Assembly (NCBI GenBank): GCA_964016885.1
Contig: OZ024745.1
Span: 42,160,001 to 42,224,000 of the forward strand
DNA length: 64,000 nt
Direction: 5' to 3'
Origin: Eledone cirrhosa
Lineage: Eukaryota
The translations under genes were made by a program, and so were the position numbers. Position 1 is the stretch's first letter; the number at the start of each line of letters is the position of its first letter. The notes below the pieces were generated by a model. It did no database searches and was not told the DNA's origin. It saw nothing but the letters and a program-made list of their open reading frames with translations. Positions 13,701 through 26,230 of this stretch are shown piece by piece.

Positions 13701-16700
13701 GAGTGACTCCCGGCTTCAGGGAACTATAGTCTCACATTATTGCAGATGACTAGAAGACTAGGCAATAGAATGCAGAGTGACTCCTGGTTTCAGTGAACTA
13801 TAGTCTAACCATTGTTGCAGATGAATAGATGACTAGGCAATACAATGCAGAGTGACTCCTGGCTTCAGTGAAGTTCAGTCTCACCTTATTGCAGATGACT
13901 AAATGACTACGCAATAGAATGCAGAGTGACTCCTGGCTTCTGTGAACTATAGTCTAACCATTGTTGCAGATGACTAGATGACTAGGCAATAGAATGCAGA
14001 GTGACTCCTGGCTTCAGTGAAATATAGTCTCACATTATTGCAGATGACTAGATGACTAGCCAATAGAATACAGAGTCACTCCTGGTTTCAGTCAACTATT
14101 AGTCTCACCTTATTGCAGATGACTAGATGACTAGGCAATAGAATGCAGAGTGACTCCTGGCTTCAGTGAACTATAGTCTCACCTTATTGCAGATGACTAG
14201 ATGACAAGGCAATAGAATGCAGAGTGACTCCTGGCTTCTGTGAACTATAGTCTCACCTTATTGCAGATGACTAGATGACTACGCAATAGAATGCAGAGTG
14301 ACTCCTGGCTTCAGTGAACTATAGTCTCAAATTATTGCAGATGACTAGAAGACTAGGCAATAGAATGCAGAGTGACTCCTGGCTTCAGTGAAGTATAGTC
14401 TAACCATTGTTGCAGATGACTAGATGACTAGGCAGTAGATTGCAGAGTGACTCCGGGTTTCAGTGAAGTATAGTCTCACCTTATTGCAGATGACTAGATG
14501 ACTAGGCAATAGAATGCAGAGTGACTCCTGGCTTCAGTGAACTATAGTCTCACCTTATTGCAGATGACTAGATGACTAGGCAATAGAATGCAGAGTGACT
14601 CCTGGCTTCAGTGAAGTATAGTCTAATCATTGTTGCAGATGACTAGATGACTAGGCAATAGAATGCAGAGTGACTCCTGGCTTCAGTGAACTATAGTCTC
14701 ACCTTATTGCAGATGACTAGATGACTACGCAATAGAATGCAGTGACTCCTGGCTTCTGTGAACTATAGTCTAACCATTGTTGCAGATGACTAGATGACTA
14801 GGCAATAGATTGCAGAGTGACTCCTGGCTTCAGTGAACTATAGTCTCACCTTATTGCAGATGACTAGATGACTGGACAATAGAATGCAGTGACTCCTGGC
14901 TTCTGTGAACTATAGTCCATTGTTGCAGATGACTAGGCAATAGAGTGCAGTGTAACTACGGGCTTCAGTGAAGTATTGTCTCACCTTATCGCAGATGACT
15001 AGATGACTAGTCAATAGAATGCAGAGTGACACCTGGCTTCAGTGAACTATAGTCTCACCTTATTGCAGATGACTAGATGACTAGGCAATTGAATGCAGAG
15101 TGACTCCTGGCTTCAGTTAACTATAGTCTCACCTTATTTCAGATGACTAGATTACTAGGCAATAGAATGCAGAGTGACTCCTGGCTTCAGTGAACTATAG
15201 TCTCACCTTATTGCAGATGACTAGATGACTAGGCAATAGAATGCAGAGTGACTCCTGGCTTCAGGGAACTATAGTCTCACATTATTGCAGATGACAAGAA
15301 GACTAGGCAATATAATGCAGAGTGACTCCTGGTTTCAGTGAACTATAGTCTAACCATTGTTGCAGATGAATAGATGACTAGGCAATACAATGCAGAGTGA
15401 CTCCTGGCTTCAGTGAAGTTCAGTCTCACCTTATTGCAGATGACTAAATGACTAGACAATAGAATGCAGAGTGACTCCTGGCTTCAGTGAAGTATAGTCT
15501 CACCTTATTGCAGATGACTAGATGACTAGGCAATAGAATGCAGAGTGACTCCTGGCTTCTGTGAACTATAGTCTCACCTTATTGCTGATGACTAGATGAC
15601 TACGCAATAGAATGCAGAGTGACTCCTGGCTTCAGGGAACTATAGTCTCACATTATTGCAGATGACTAGAAGACTAGGCAATAGAATGCAGAGTGACTCC
15701 TGGCTTCTGTGAACTGTAGTCTAACCATTGTTGCAGATGACTAGATGACTAGGCAATAGATTGCAGAGTGACTCCGGGCTTCAGTGAAGTATAGTCTCAC
15801 CTTATTGCAGATGACTAGATGACTAGGCAATAGAATGCAGAGTGACTCCTGGCTTCAGTGAACTATAGCCTCACCTTATTGCAGATGACTAGATGACTAG
15901 GCAGTAGAATGCAGAGTGACACCTGGCTTCAGTGAAGTATAGTCTAATCATTGTTGCAGATGACTAGATGACTAGGCAATAGAATGCAGAGTGACTCCTG
16001 TCTTCAGTAAACTATAGTGTCACCTTATTGCAGATGACTAGATGACTAGGCAATAGAATGCTGTGACTCCTGGCTTCTGTGAACTATAGTCTAACCATTG
16101 TTGCAGATGACTAGATGACTAGGCAATAGATTGCAGTGTAACTACGGGCTTCAGTGAAATATAGTCTCACATTATTGCAGATGACTAGATGACTAGCCAA
16201 TAGAATACACTGTGAATCCTGGCTTCGGTCAACTATAGTCTCACCTTATTGCAGATGACTTGATGACTAGGCAATAGAATGCAGAGTAACTCCTGGCATC
16301 AGTGAAGTGTAATCTCACTTTATTACAGATGACTAGATGACTAGGCAATAGAATGCAGAGTGACACCTGGCCTCAGTGAACTATAGTCTCACCTTATTGC
16401 AGATGACTAGATGACTAGGCAATAGAATGCTGAGTGACTCCTGGCTTCGGTGAAGTATAGTCTAACCATTGTTGCAGATGACTAGATGACTAGGCAATAG
16501 AATGCAGAGTGACTCCGGGCTTCAGTGAAGTATAGTCGCACCTTTTATCAGATGACTAGATGACTAGGCAATAGATTGCAGAGTGACTCCGGGCTTCAGT
16601 GAATTATAGTATCACCTTATTGCAGATGACTAGATGACTAGGCAATAGAACGCAGAGTGACTCCTGGCTTCAGTGAACTATAGTCTCACCTTATTGCAGA

Positions 16701-19700
16701 TGACTAGATGACTAGGCAATAGAATGCAGAGTGACTCCTGGCTTCAGTGAAGTATAGACTCACCTTATTGCAGATGACTAGATGACTAGGCAATAGAATG
16801 CAGAGTGACTCCTAGCTTCAGTGAAATATAGTCTAACCATTGTTGCAGATGACTAGATGACTAGGCAATAGAATGCAGAGTGACTCCTGTCTTCGGTGAA
16901 CTATAGGCTCACCTTATTGAAGATGACTATATGACTAGGCAATAGAATGCAGAGTGACTCCTGACTTCAGTGAACTATAGTCTAACCATTGTTGCAGATG
17001 ACTAGATGACTACGCAATAGAATGCAGAGTGACTCCTGGCTTCTGTGAACTATAGTCTAACCATTGTTGCAGATGACTAGATGACTAGGCAATAGAATGC
17101 AGAGTGACTCCTGGCTTCAGTGAAATATAGTCTCACATTATTGCAGATGACTAGATGACTAGCCAATAGAATACAGAGTCACTCCTGGTTTCAGTCAACT
17201 ATTAGTCTCACCTTATTGCAGATGACTAGATGACTAGGCAATAGAATGCAGAGTGACTCCTGGCTTCAGTGAACTATAGTCTCACCTTATTGCAGATGAC
17301 TAGATGACAAGGCAATAGAATGCAGAGTGACTCCTGGCTTCTGTGAACTATAGTCTCACCTTATTGCAGATGACTAGATGACTACGCAATAGAATGCAGA
17401 GTGACTCCTGGCTTCAGTGAACTATAGTCTCAAATTATTGCAGATGACTAGAAGACTAGGCAATAGAATGCAGAGTGACTCCTGGCTTCAGTGAAGTATA
17501 GTCTAACCATTGTTGCAGATGACTAGATGACTAGGCAGTAGATTGCAGAGTGACTCCGGGTTTCAGTGAAGTATAGTCTCACCTTATTGCAGATGACTAG
17601 ATGACTAGGCAATAGAATGCAGAGTGACTCCTGGCTTCAGTGAACTATAGTCTCACCTTATTGCAGATGACTAGATGACTAGGCAATAGAATGCAGAGTG
17701 ACTCCTGGCTTCAGTGAAGTATAGTCTAATCATTGTTGCAGATGACTAGATGACTAGGCAATAGAATGCAGAGTGACTCCTGGCTTCAGTGAACTATAGT
17801 CTCACCTTATTGCAGATGACTAGATGACTAGGCAATAGAATGCAGTGACTCCTGGCTTCTGTGAACTATAGTCTAACCATTGTTGCAGATGACTAGATGA
17901 CTAGGCAATAGATTGCAGAGTGACTCCTGGCTTCAGTGAACTATAGTCTCACCTTATTGCAGATGACTAGATGACTGGACAATAGAATGCAGTGACTCCT
18001 GGCTTCTGTGAACTATAGTCCATTGTTGCAGATGACTAGGCAATAGAGTGCAGTGTAACTACGGGCTTCAGTGAAGTATTGTCTCACCTTATCGCAGATG
18101 ACTAGATGACTAGTCAATAGAATGCAGAGTGACACCTGGCTTCAGTGAACTATAGTCTCACCTTATTGCAGATGACTAGATGACTAGGCAATTGAATGCA
18201 GAGTGACTCCTGGCTTCAGTTAACTATAGTCTCACCTTATTTCAGATGACTAGATTACTAGGCAATAGAATGCAGAGTGACTCCTGGCTTCAGGGAACTA
18301 TAGTCTCACATTATTGCAGATGACTAGAAGACTAGGCAATATAATGCAGAGTGACTCCTGGTTTCAGTGAACTATAGTCTAACCATTGTTGCAGATGAAT
18401 AGATGACTAGGCAATACAATGCAGAGTGACTCCTGGCTTCAGTGAAGTTCAGTCTCACCTTATTGCAGATGACTAAATGACTAGACAATAGAATGCAGAG
18501 TGACTCCTGGCTTCAGTGAAGTATAGTCTCACCTTATTGCAGATGACTAGATGACTAGGCAATAGAATGCAGAGTGACTCCTGGCTTCTGTGAACTATAG
18601 TCTCACCTTATTGCTGATGACTAGATGACTACGCAATAGAATGCAGAGTGACTCCTGGCTTCAGGGAACTATAGTCTCACATTATTGCAGATGACTAGAA
18701 TACTAGGCAATAGAATGCAGAGTGACTCCTGGCTTCTGTGAACTGTAGTCTAACCATTGTTGCAGATGACTAGATGACTAGGCAATAGATTGCAGAGTGA
18801 CTCCGGGCTTCAGTGAAGTATAGTCTCACCTTATTGCAGATGACTAGATGACTAGGCAATAGAATGCAGAGTGACTCCTGGCTTCAGTGAACTATAGTCT
18901 CACCTTATTGCAGATGACTAGATGACTAGGCAGTAGAATGCAGAGTGACACCTGGCTTCAGTGAAGTATAGTCTAATCATTGTTGCAGATGACTAGATGA
19001 CTAGGCAATAGAATGCAGAGTGACTCCTGGCTTCAGTAAACTATAGTGTCACCTTATTGCAGATGACTAGATGACTAGGCAATAGAATGCTGTGACTCCT
19101 GGCTTCTGTGAACTATAGTCTAACCATTGTTGCAGATGACTAGATGACTAGGCAATAGATTGCAGTGTAACTACGGGCTTCAGTGAAATATAGTCTCACA
19201 TTATTGCAGATGACTAGATGACTAGCCAATAGAATACACTGTGAATCCTGGCTTCGGTCAACTATAGTCTCACCTTATTGCAGATGACTTGATGACTAGG
19301 CAATAGAATGCAGAGTAACTCCTGGCTTCAGTGAAGTGTAGTCTCACTTTATTACAGATGACTAGATGACTAGGCAATAGAATGCAGAGTGACTCCTGGC
19401 TTCAGTGAACTATAGTCTCACCTTATTACAGATGACTAGATGACTACGCAATAGAATGCAGAGTGACTCCCGGCTTCAGGGAACTATAGTCTCACATTAT
19501 TGCAGATGACTAGAAGACTAGGCAATAGAATGCAGAGTGACTCCTGGTTTCAGTGAACTATAGTCTAACCATTGTTGCAGATGAATAGATGACTAGGCAA
19601 TACAATGCAGAGTGACTCCTGGCTTCAGTGAAGTTCAGTCTCACCTTATTGCAGATGACTAAATGACTACGCAATAGAATGCAGAGTGACTCCTGGCTTC

Positions 19701-21125
19701 TGTGAACTATAGTCTAACCATTGTTGCAGATGACTAGATGACTAGGCAATAGAATGCAGAGTGACTCCTGGCTTCAGTGAAATATAGTCTCACATTATTG
19801 CAGATGACTAGATGACTAGCCAATAGAATACAGAGTCACTCCTGGTTTCAGTCAACTATTAGTCTCACCTTATTGCAGATGACTAGATGACTAGGCAATA
19901 GAATGCAGAGTGACTCCTGGCTTCAGTGAACTATAGTCTCACCTTATTGCAGATGACTAGATGACAAGGCAATAGAATGCAGAGTGACTCCTGGCTTCTG
20001 TGAACTATAGTCTCACCTTATTGCAGATGACTAGATGACTACGCAATAGAATGCAGAGTGACTCCTGGCTTCAGTGAACTATAGTCTCAAATTATTGCAG
20101 ATGACTAGAAGACTAGGCAATAGAATGCAGAGTGACTCCTGGCTTCAGTGAAGTATAGTCTAACCATTGTTGCAGATGACTAGATGACTAGGCAGTAGAT
20201 TGCAGAGTGACTCCGGGTTTCAGTGAAGTATAGTCTCACCTTATTGCAGATGACTAGATGACTAGGCAATAGAATGCAGAGTGACTCCTGGCTTCAGTGA
20301 ACTATAGTCTCACCTTATTGCAGATGACTAGATGACTAGGCAATAGAATGCAGAGTGACTCCTGGCTTCAGTGAAGTATAGTCTAATCATTGTTGCAGAT
20401 GACTAGATGACTAGGCAATAGAATGCAGAGTGACTCCTGGCTTCAGTGAACTATAGTCTCACCTTATTGCAGATGACTAGATGACTACGCAATAGAATGC
20501 AGTGACTCCTGGCTTCTGTGAACTATAGTCTAACCATTGTTGCAGATGACTAGATGACTAGGCAATAGATTGCAGAGTGACTCCTGGCTTCAGTGAACTA
20601 TAGTCTCACCTTATTGCAGATGACTAGATGACTGGACAATAGAATGCAGTGACTCCTGGCTTCTGTGAACTATAGTCCATTGTTGCAGATGACTAGGCAA
20701 TAGAGTGCAGTGTAACTACGGGCTTCAGTGAAGTATTGTCTCACCTTATCGCAGATGACTAGATGACTAGTCAATAGAATGCAGAGTGACACCTGGCTTC
20801 AGTGAACTATAGTCTCACCTTATTGCAGATGACTAGATGACTAGGCAATTGAATGCAGAGTGACTCCTGGCTTCAGTTAACTATAGTCTAACCATTGTTG
20901 CAGATGACTAGATGACTAGGCAATAGATTGCAGTGTAACTACGGGCTTCAGTGAAATATAGTCTCACATTATTGCAGATGACTAGATGACTAGCCAATAG
21001 AATACACTGTGAATCCTGGCTTCGGTCAACTATAGTCTCACCTTATTGCAGATGACTTGATGACTAGGCAATAGAATGCAGAGTAACTCCTGGCATCAGT
21101 GAAGTGTAATCTCACTTTATTACAG
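10566..21125 (+). repeat. Near-identical tandem duplication with period 5760 bp; the second copy lacks 963 bp
   Basis: Printed lines 10621-15061 match lines 16381-20821. After 20889 the match resumes at about 16091 (offset 4797). Confidence 0.92.
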
Positions 21126-24100
21126 ATGACTAGATGACTAGGCAATAGAATGCAGAGTGACTCCTGGCTTCAGTGAACTATAGTCTCACCTTATTACAGA
21201 TGACTAGATGACTACGCAATAGAATGCAGAGTGACTCCTGGCTTCAGGGAACTATAGTCTCACATTATTGCAGATGACTAGAAGACTAGGCAATAGAATG
21301 CAGAGTGACTCCTGGTTTCAGTGAACTATAGTCTAACCATTGTTGCAGATGAATAGATGACTAGGCAATACAATGCAGAGTGACTCCTGGCTTCAGTGAA
21401 GTTCAGTCTCACCTTATTGCAGATGACTAAATGACTAGACAATAGAATGCAGAGTGACTCCTGGCTTCAGTGAAGTATAGTCTCACCTTATTGCAGATGA
21501 CTAGATGACTAGGCAATAGAATGCAGAGTGACTCCTGGCTTCTGTGAACTATAGTCTCACCTTATTGCTGATGACTAGATGACTACGCAATAGAATGCAG
21601 AGTGACTACTGGCTTCAGGGAACTATAGTCTCACATTATTGCAGATGACTAGAAGACTAGGCAATAGAATGCAGAGTGACTCCTGGCTTCTGTGAACTGT
21701 AGTCTAACCATTGTTGCAGATGACTAGATGACTAGGCAATAGATTGCAGAGTGACTCCGGGCTTCAGTGAAGTATAGTCTCACCTTATTGCAGATGACTA
21801 GATGACTAGGCAATAGAATGCAGAGTGACTCCTGGCTTCAGTGAACTATAGTTTCACCTTATTGCAGATGACTAGATGACTAGGCAGTAGAATGCAGAGT
21901 GACACCTGGCTTCAGTGAAGTATAGTCTAATCATTGTTGCAGATGACTAGATGACTAGGCAATAGAATGCAGAGTGACTCCTGGCTTCAGTAAACTATAG
22001 TGTCACCTTATTGCAGATGACTAGATGACTAGGCAATAGAATGCTGTGACTCCTGGCTTCTGTGAACTATAGTCTAACCATTGTTGCAGATAACTAGATG
22101 ACTAGGCAATAGATTGCAGTGTAACTACGGGCTTCAGTGAAATATAGTCTCACATTATTGCAGATGACTAGATGACTAGTCAATAGAATACACTGTGAAT
22201 CCTGGCTTCGGTCAACTATAGTCTCACCTTATTGCAGATGACTTGATGACTAGGCAATAGAATGCAGAGTAACTCCTGGCTTCAGTGAAGTGTAGTCTCA
22301 CTTTATTACAGATGACTAGATGACTAGGCAATAGAATGCAGAGTGACTCCTGGCTTCAGTGAACTATAGTCTCACCTTATTGCTGATGACTAGATGACTA
22401 GGCAATAGAATGCATAGTGACTCCTGGCTTCGGTGAAATATAGTCTAACCATTGTTGCAGATGACTAGATGACTAGGCAATACAATGCAGAGTGACTCCT
22501 GGCTTCAGTGAATTTCAGTCTCACCTTATTGCAGATGACTAAATGACTAGACAATAGAATGCAGAGTGACTCCTGGCTTCAGTGAAGTATAGTCTCACCT
22601 TATTGCAGATGACTAGATGACTAGGCAATAGAATGCAGAGTGACTCCTGGCTTCTGTGAACTATAGTCTCACCTTATTGCAGATGACTAGATGACTACGC
22701 AATAGAATGCAGAGTGACTCCTGGCTTCAGTGAACTATAGTCTCAAATTATTGCAGATGACTAGAAGACTAGGCAATAGAATGCAGAGTGACTCCTGGCT
22801 TCAGTGAAGTATAGTCTAACCATTGTTGCAGATGACTAGATGACTAGGCAGTAGATTGCAGAGTGACTCCGGGTTTCAGTGAAGTATAGTCTCACCTTAT
22901 TGCAGATGACTAGATGACTAGGCAATAGAATGCAGAGTGACTCCTGGCTTCAGTGAACTATAGTCTCACCTTATTGCAGATGACTAGATGACTAGGCAAT
23001 AGAATGCAGAGTGACTCCTGGCTTCAGTGAAGTATAGTCTAATCATTGTTGCAGATGACTAGATGACTAGGCAATAGAATGCAGAGTGACTCCTGGCTTC
23101 AGTGAACTATAGTCTCACCTTATTGCAGATGACTAGATGACTACGCAATAGAATGCAGTGACTCCTGGCTTCTGTGAACTATAGTCTAACCATTGTTGCA
23201 GATGACTAGATGACTAGGCAATAGATTGCAGAGTGACTCCTGGCTTCAGTGAACTATAGTCTCACCTTATTGCAGATGACTAGATGACTGGACAATAGAA
23301 TGCAGTGACTCCTGGCTTCTGTGAACTATAGTCCATTGTTGCAGATGACTAGGCAATAGAGTGCAGTGTAACTACGGGCTTCAGTGAAGTATTGTCTCAC
23401 CTTATCGCAGATGACTAGATGACTAGTCAATAGAATGCAGAGTGACACCTGGCTTCAGTGAACTATAGTCTCACCTTATTGCAGATGACTAGATGACTAG
23501 GCAATTGAATGCAGAGTGACTCCTGGCTTCAGTTAACTATAGTCTCACCTTATTTCAGATGACTAGATTACTAGGCAATAGAATGCAGAGTGACTCCTGG
23601 CTTCAGTGAACTATAGTCTCACCTTATTGCAGATGACTAGATGACTAGGCAATAGAATGCAGAGTGACTCCTGGCTTCAGGGAACTATAGTCTCACATTA
23701 TTGCAGATGACTAGAAGACTAGGCAATATAATGCAGAGTGACTCCTGGTTTCAGTGAACTATAGTCTAACCATTGTTGCAGATGAATAGATGACTAGGCA
23801 ATACAATGCAGAGTGACTCCTGGCTTCAGTGAAGTTCAGTCTCACCTTATTGCAGATGACTAAATGACTAGACAATAGAATGCAGAGTGACTCCTGGCTT
23901 CAGTGAAGTATAGTCTCACCTTATTGCAGATGACTAGATGACTAGGCAATAGAATGCAGAGTGACTCCTGGCTTCTGTGAACTATAGTCTCACCTTATTG
24001 CTGATGACTAGATGACTACGCAATAGAATGCAGAGTGACTCCTGGCTTCAGGGAACTATAGTCTCACATTATTGCAGATGACTAGAAGACTAGGCAATAG

Positions 24101-26230
24101 AATGCAGAGTGACTCCTGGCTTCTGTGAACTGTAGTCTAACCATTGTTGCAGATGACTAGATGACTAGGCAATAGATTGCAGAGTGACTCCGGGCTTCAG
24201 TGAAGTATAGTCTCACCTTATTGCAGATGACTAGATGACTAGGCAATAGAATGCAGAGTGACTCCTGGCTTCAGTGAACTATAGCCTCACCTTATTGCAG
24301 ATGACTAGATGACTAGGCAGTAGAATGCAGAGTGACACCTGGCTTCAGTGAAGTATAGTCTAATCATTGTTGCAGATGACTAGATGACTAGGCAATAGAA
24401 TGCAGAGTGACTCCTGGCTTCAGTAAACTATAGTGTCACCTTATTGCAGATGACTAGATGACTAGGCAATAGAATGCTGTGACTCCTGGCTTCTGTGAAC
24501 TATAGTCTAACCATTGTTGCAGATGACTAGATGACTAGGCAATAGATTGCAGTGTAACTACGGGCTTCAGTGAAATATAGTCTCACATTATTGCAGATGA
24601 CTAGATGACTAGCCAATAGAATACACTGTGAATCCTGGCTTCGGTCAACTATAGTCTCACCTTATTGCAGATGACTTGATGACTAGGCAATAGAATGCAG
24701 AGTAACTCCTGGCATCAGTGAAGTGTAGTCTCACTTTATTACAGATGACTAGATGACTAGGCAATAGAATGCAGAGTGACTCCTGGCTTCAGTGAACTAT
24801 AGTCTCACCTTATTACAGATGACTAGATGACTACGCAATAGAATGCAGAGTGACTCCTGGCTTCAGGGAACTATAGTCTCACATTATTGCAGATGACTAG
24901 AAGACTAGGCAATAGAATGCAGAGTGACTCCTGGTTTCAGTGAACTATAGTCTAACCATTGTTGCAGATGAATAGATGACTAGGCAATACAATGCAGAGT
25001 GACTCCTGGCTTCAGTGAAGTTCAGTCTCACCTTATTGCAGATGACTAAATGACTAGACAATAGAATGCAGAGTGACTCCTGGCTTCAGTGAAGTATAGT
25101 CTCACCTTATTGCAGATGACTAGATGACTAGGCAATAGAATGCAGAGTGACTCCTGGCTTCTGTGAACTATAGTCTCACCTTATTGCTGATGACTAGATG
25201 ACTACGCAATAGAATGCAGAGTGACTACTGGCTTCAGGGAACTATAGTCTCACATTATTGCAGATGACTAGAAGACTAGGCAATAGAATGCAGAGTGACT
25301 CCTGGCTTCTGTGAACTGTAGTCTAACCATTGTTGCAGATGACTAGATGACTAGGCAATAGATTGCAGAGTGACTCCGGGCTTCAGTGAAGTATAGTCTC
25401 ACCTTATTGCAGATGACTAGATGACTAGGCAATAGAATGCAGAGTGACTCCTGGCTTCAGTGAACTATAGTTTCACCTTATTGCAGATGACTAGATGACT
25501 AGACAGTAGAATGCAGAGTGACACCTGGCTTCAGTGAAGTATAGTCTAATCATTGTTGCAGATGACTAGATGACTAGGCAATAGAATGCTGTGACTCCTG
25601 GCTTCTGTGAACTATAGTCTAACCATTGTTGCAGATAACTAGATGACTAGGCAATAGATTGCAGTGTAACTACGGGCTTCAGTGAAATATAGTCTCACAT
25701 TATTGCAGATGACTAGATGACTAGTCAATAGAATACACTGTGAATCCTGGCTTCGGTCAACTATAGTCTCACCTTATTGCAGATGACTTGATGACTAGGC
25801 AATAGAATGCAGAGTAACTCCTGGCTTCAGTGAAGTGTAGTCTCACTTTATTACAGATGACTAGATGACTAGGCAATAGAATGCAGAGTGACTCCTGGCT
25901 TCAGTGAACTATAGTCTCACCTTATTGCTGATGACTAGATGACTAGGCAATAGAATGCATAGTGACTCCTGGCTTCGGTGAAATATAGTCTAACCATTGT
26001 TGCAGATGACTAGATGACTAGGCAATACAATGCAGAGTGACTCCTGGCTTCAGTGAATTTCAGTCTCACCTTATTGCAGATGACTAAATGACTAGACAAT
26101 AGAATGCAGAGTGACTCCTCGCTTCAGTGAAGTATAGTCTCACCTTATTGCAGATGACTAGATGACTAGGCAATAGAATGCAGAGTGACTCCTGGCTTCT
26201 GTGAACTATAGTCTCACCTTATTGCAGATG
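19990..26230 (+). repeat. Higher-order duplication: about 19990-22640 repeated at about 22640-26230 (offset 2656, then 3619)
   Basis: Offset 2656 at 20101/22757 and 3619 at 21181/24800. The difference equals the 963-bp segment. Confidence 0.8.
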
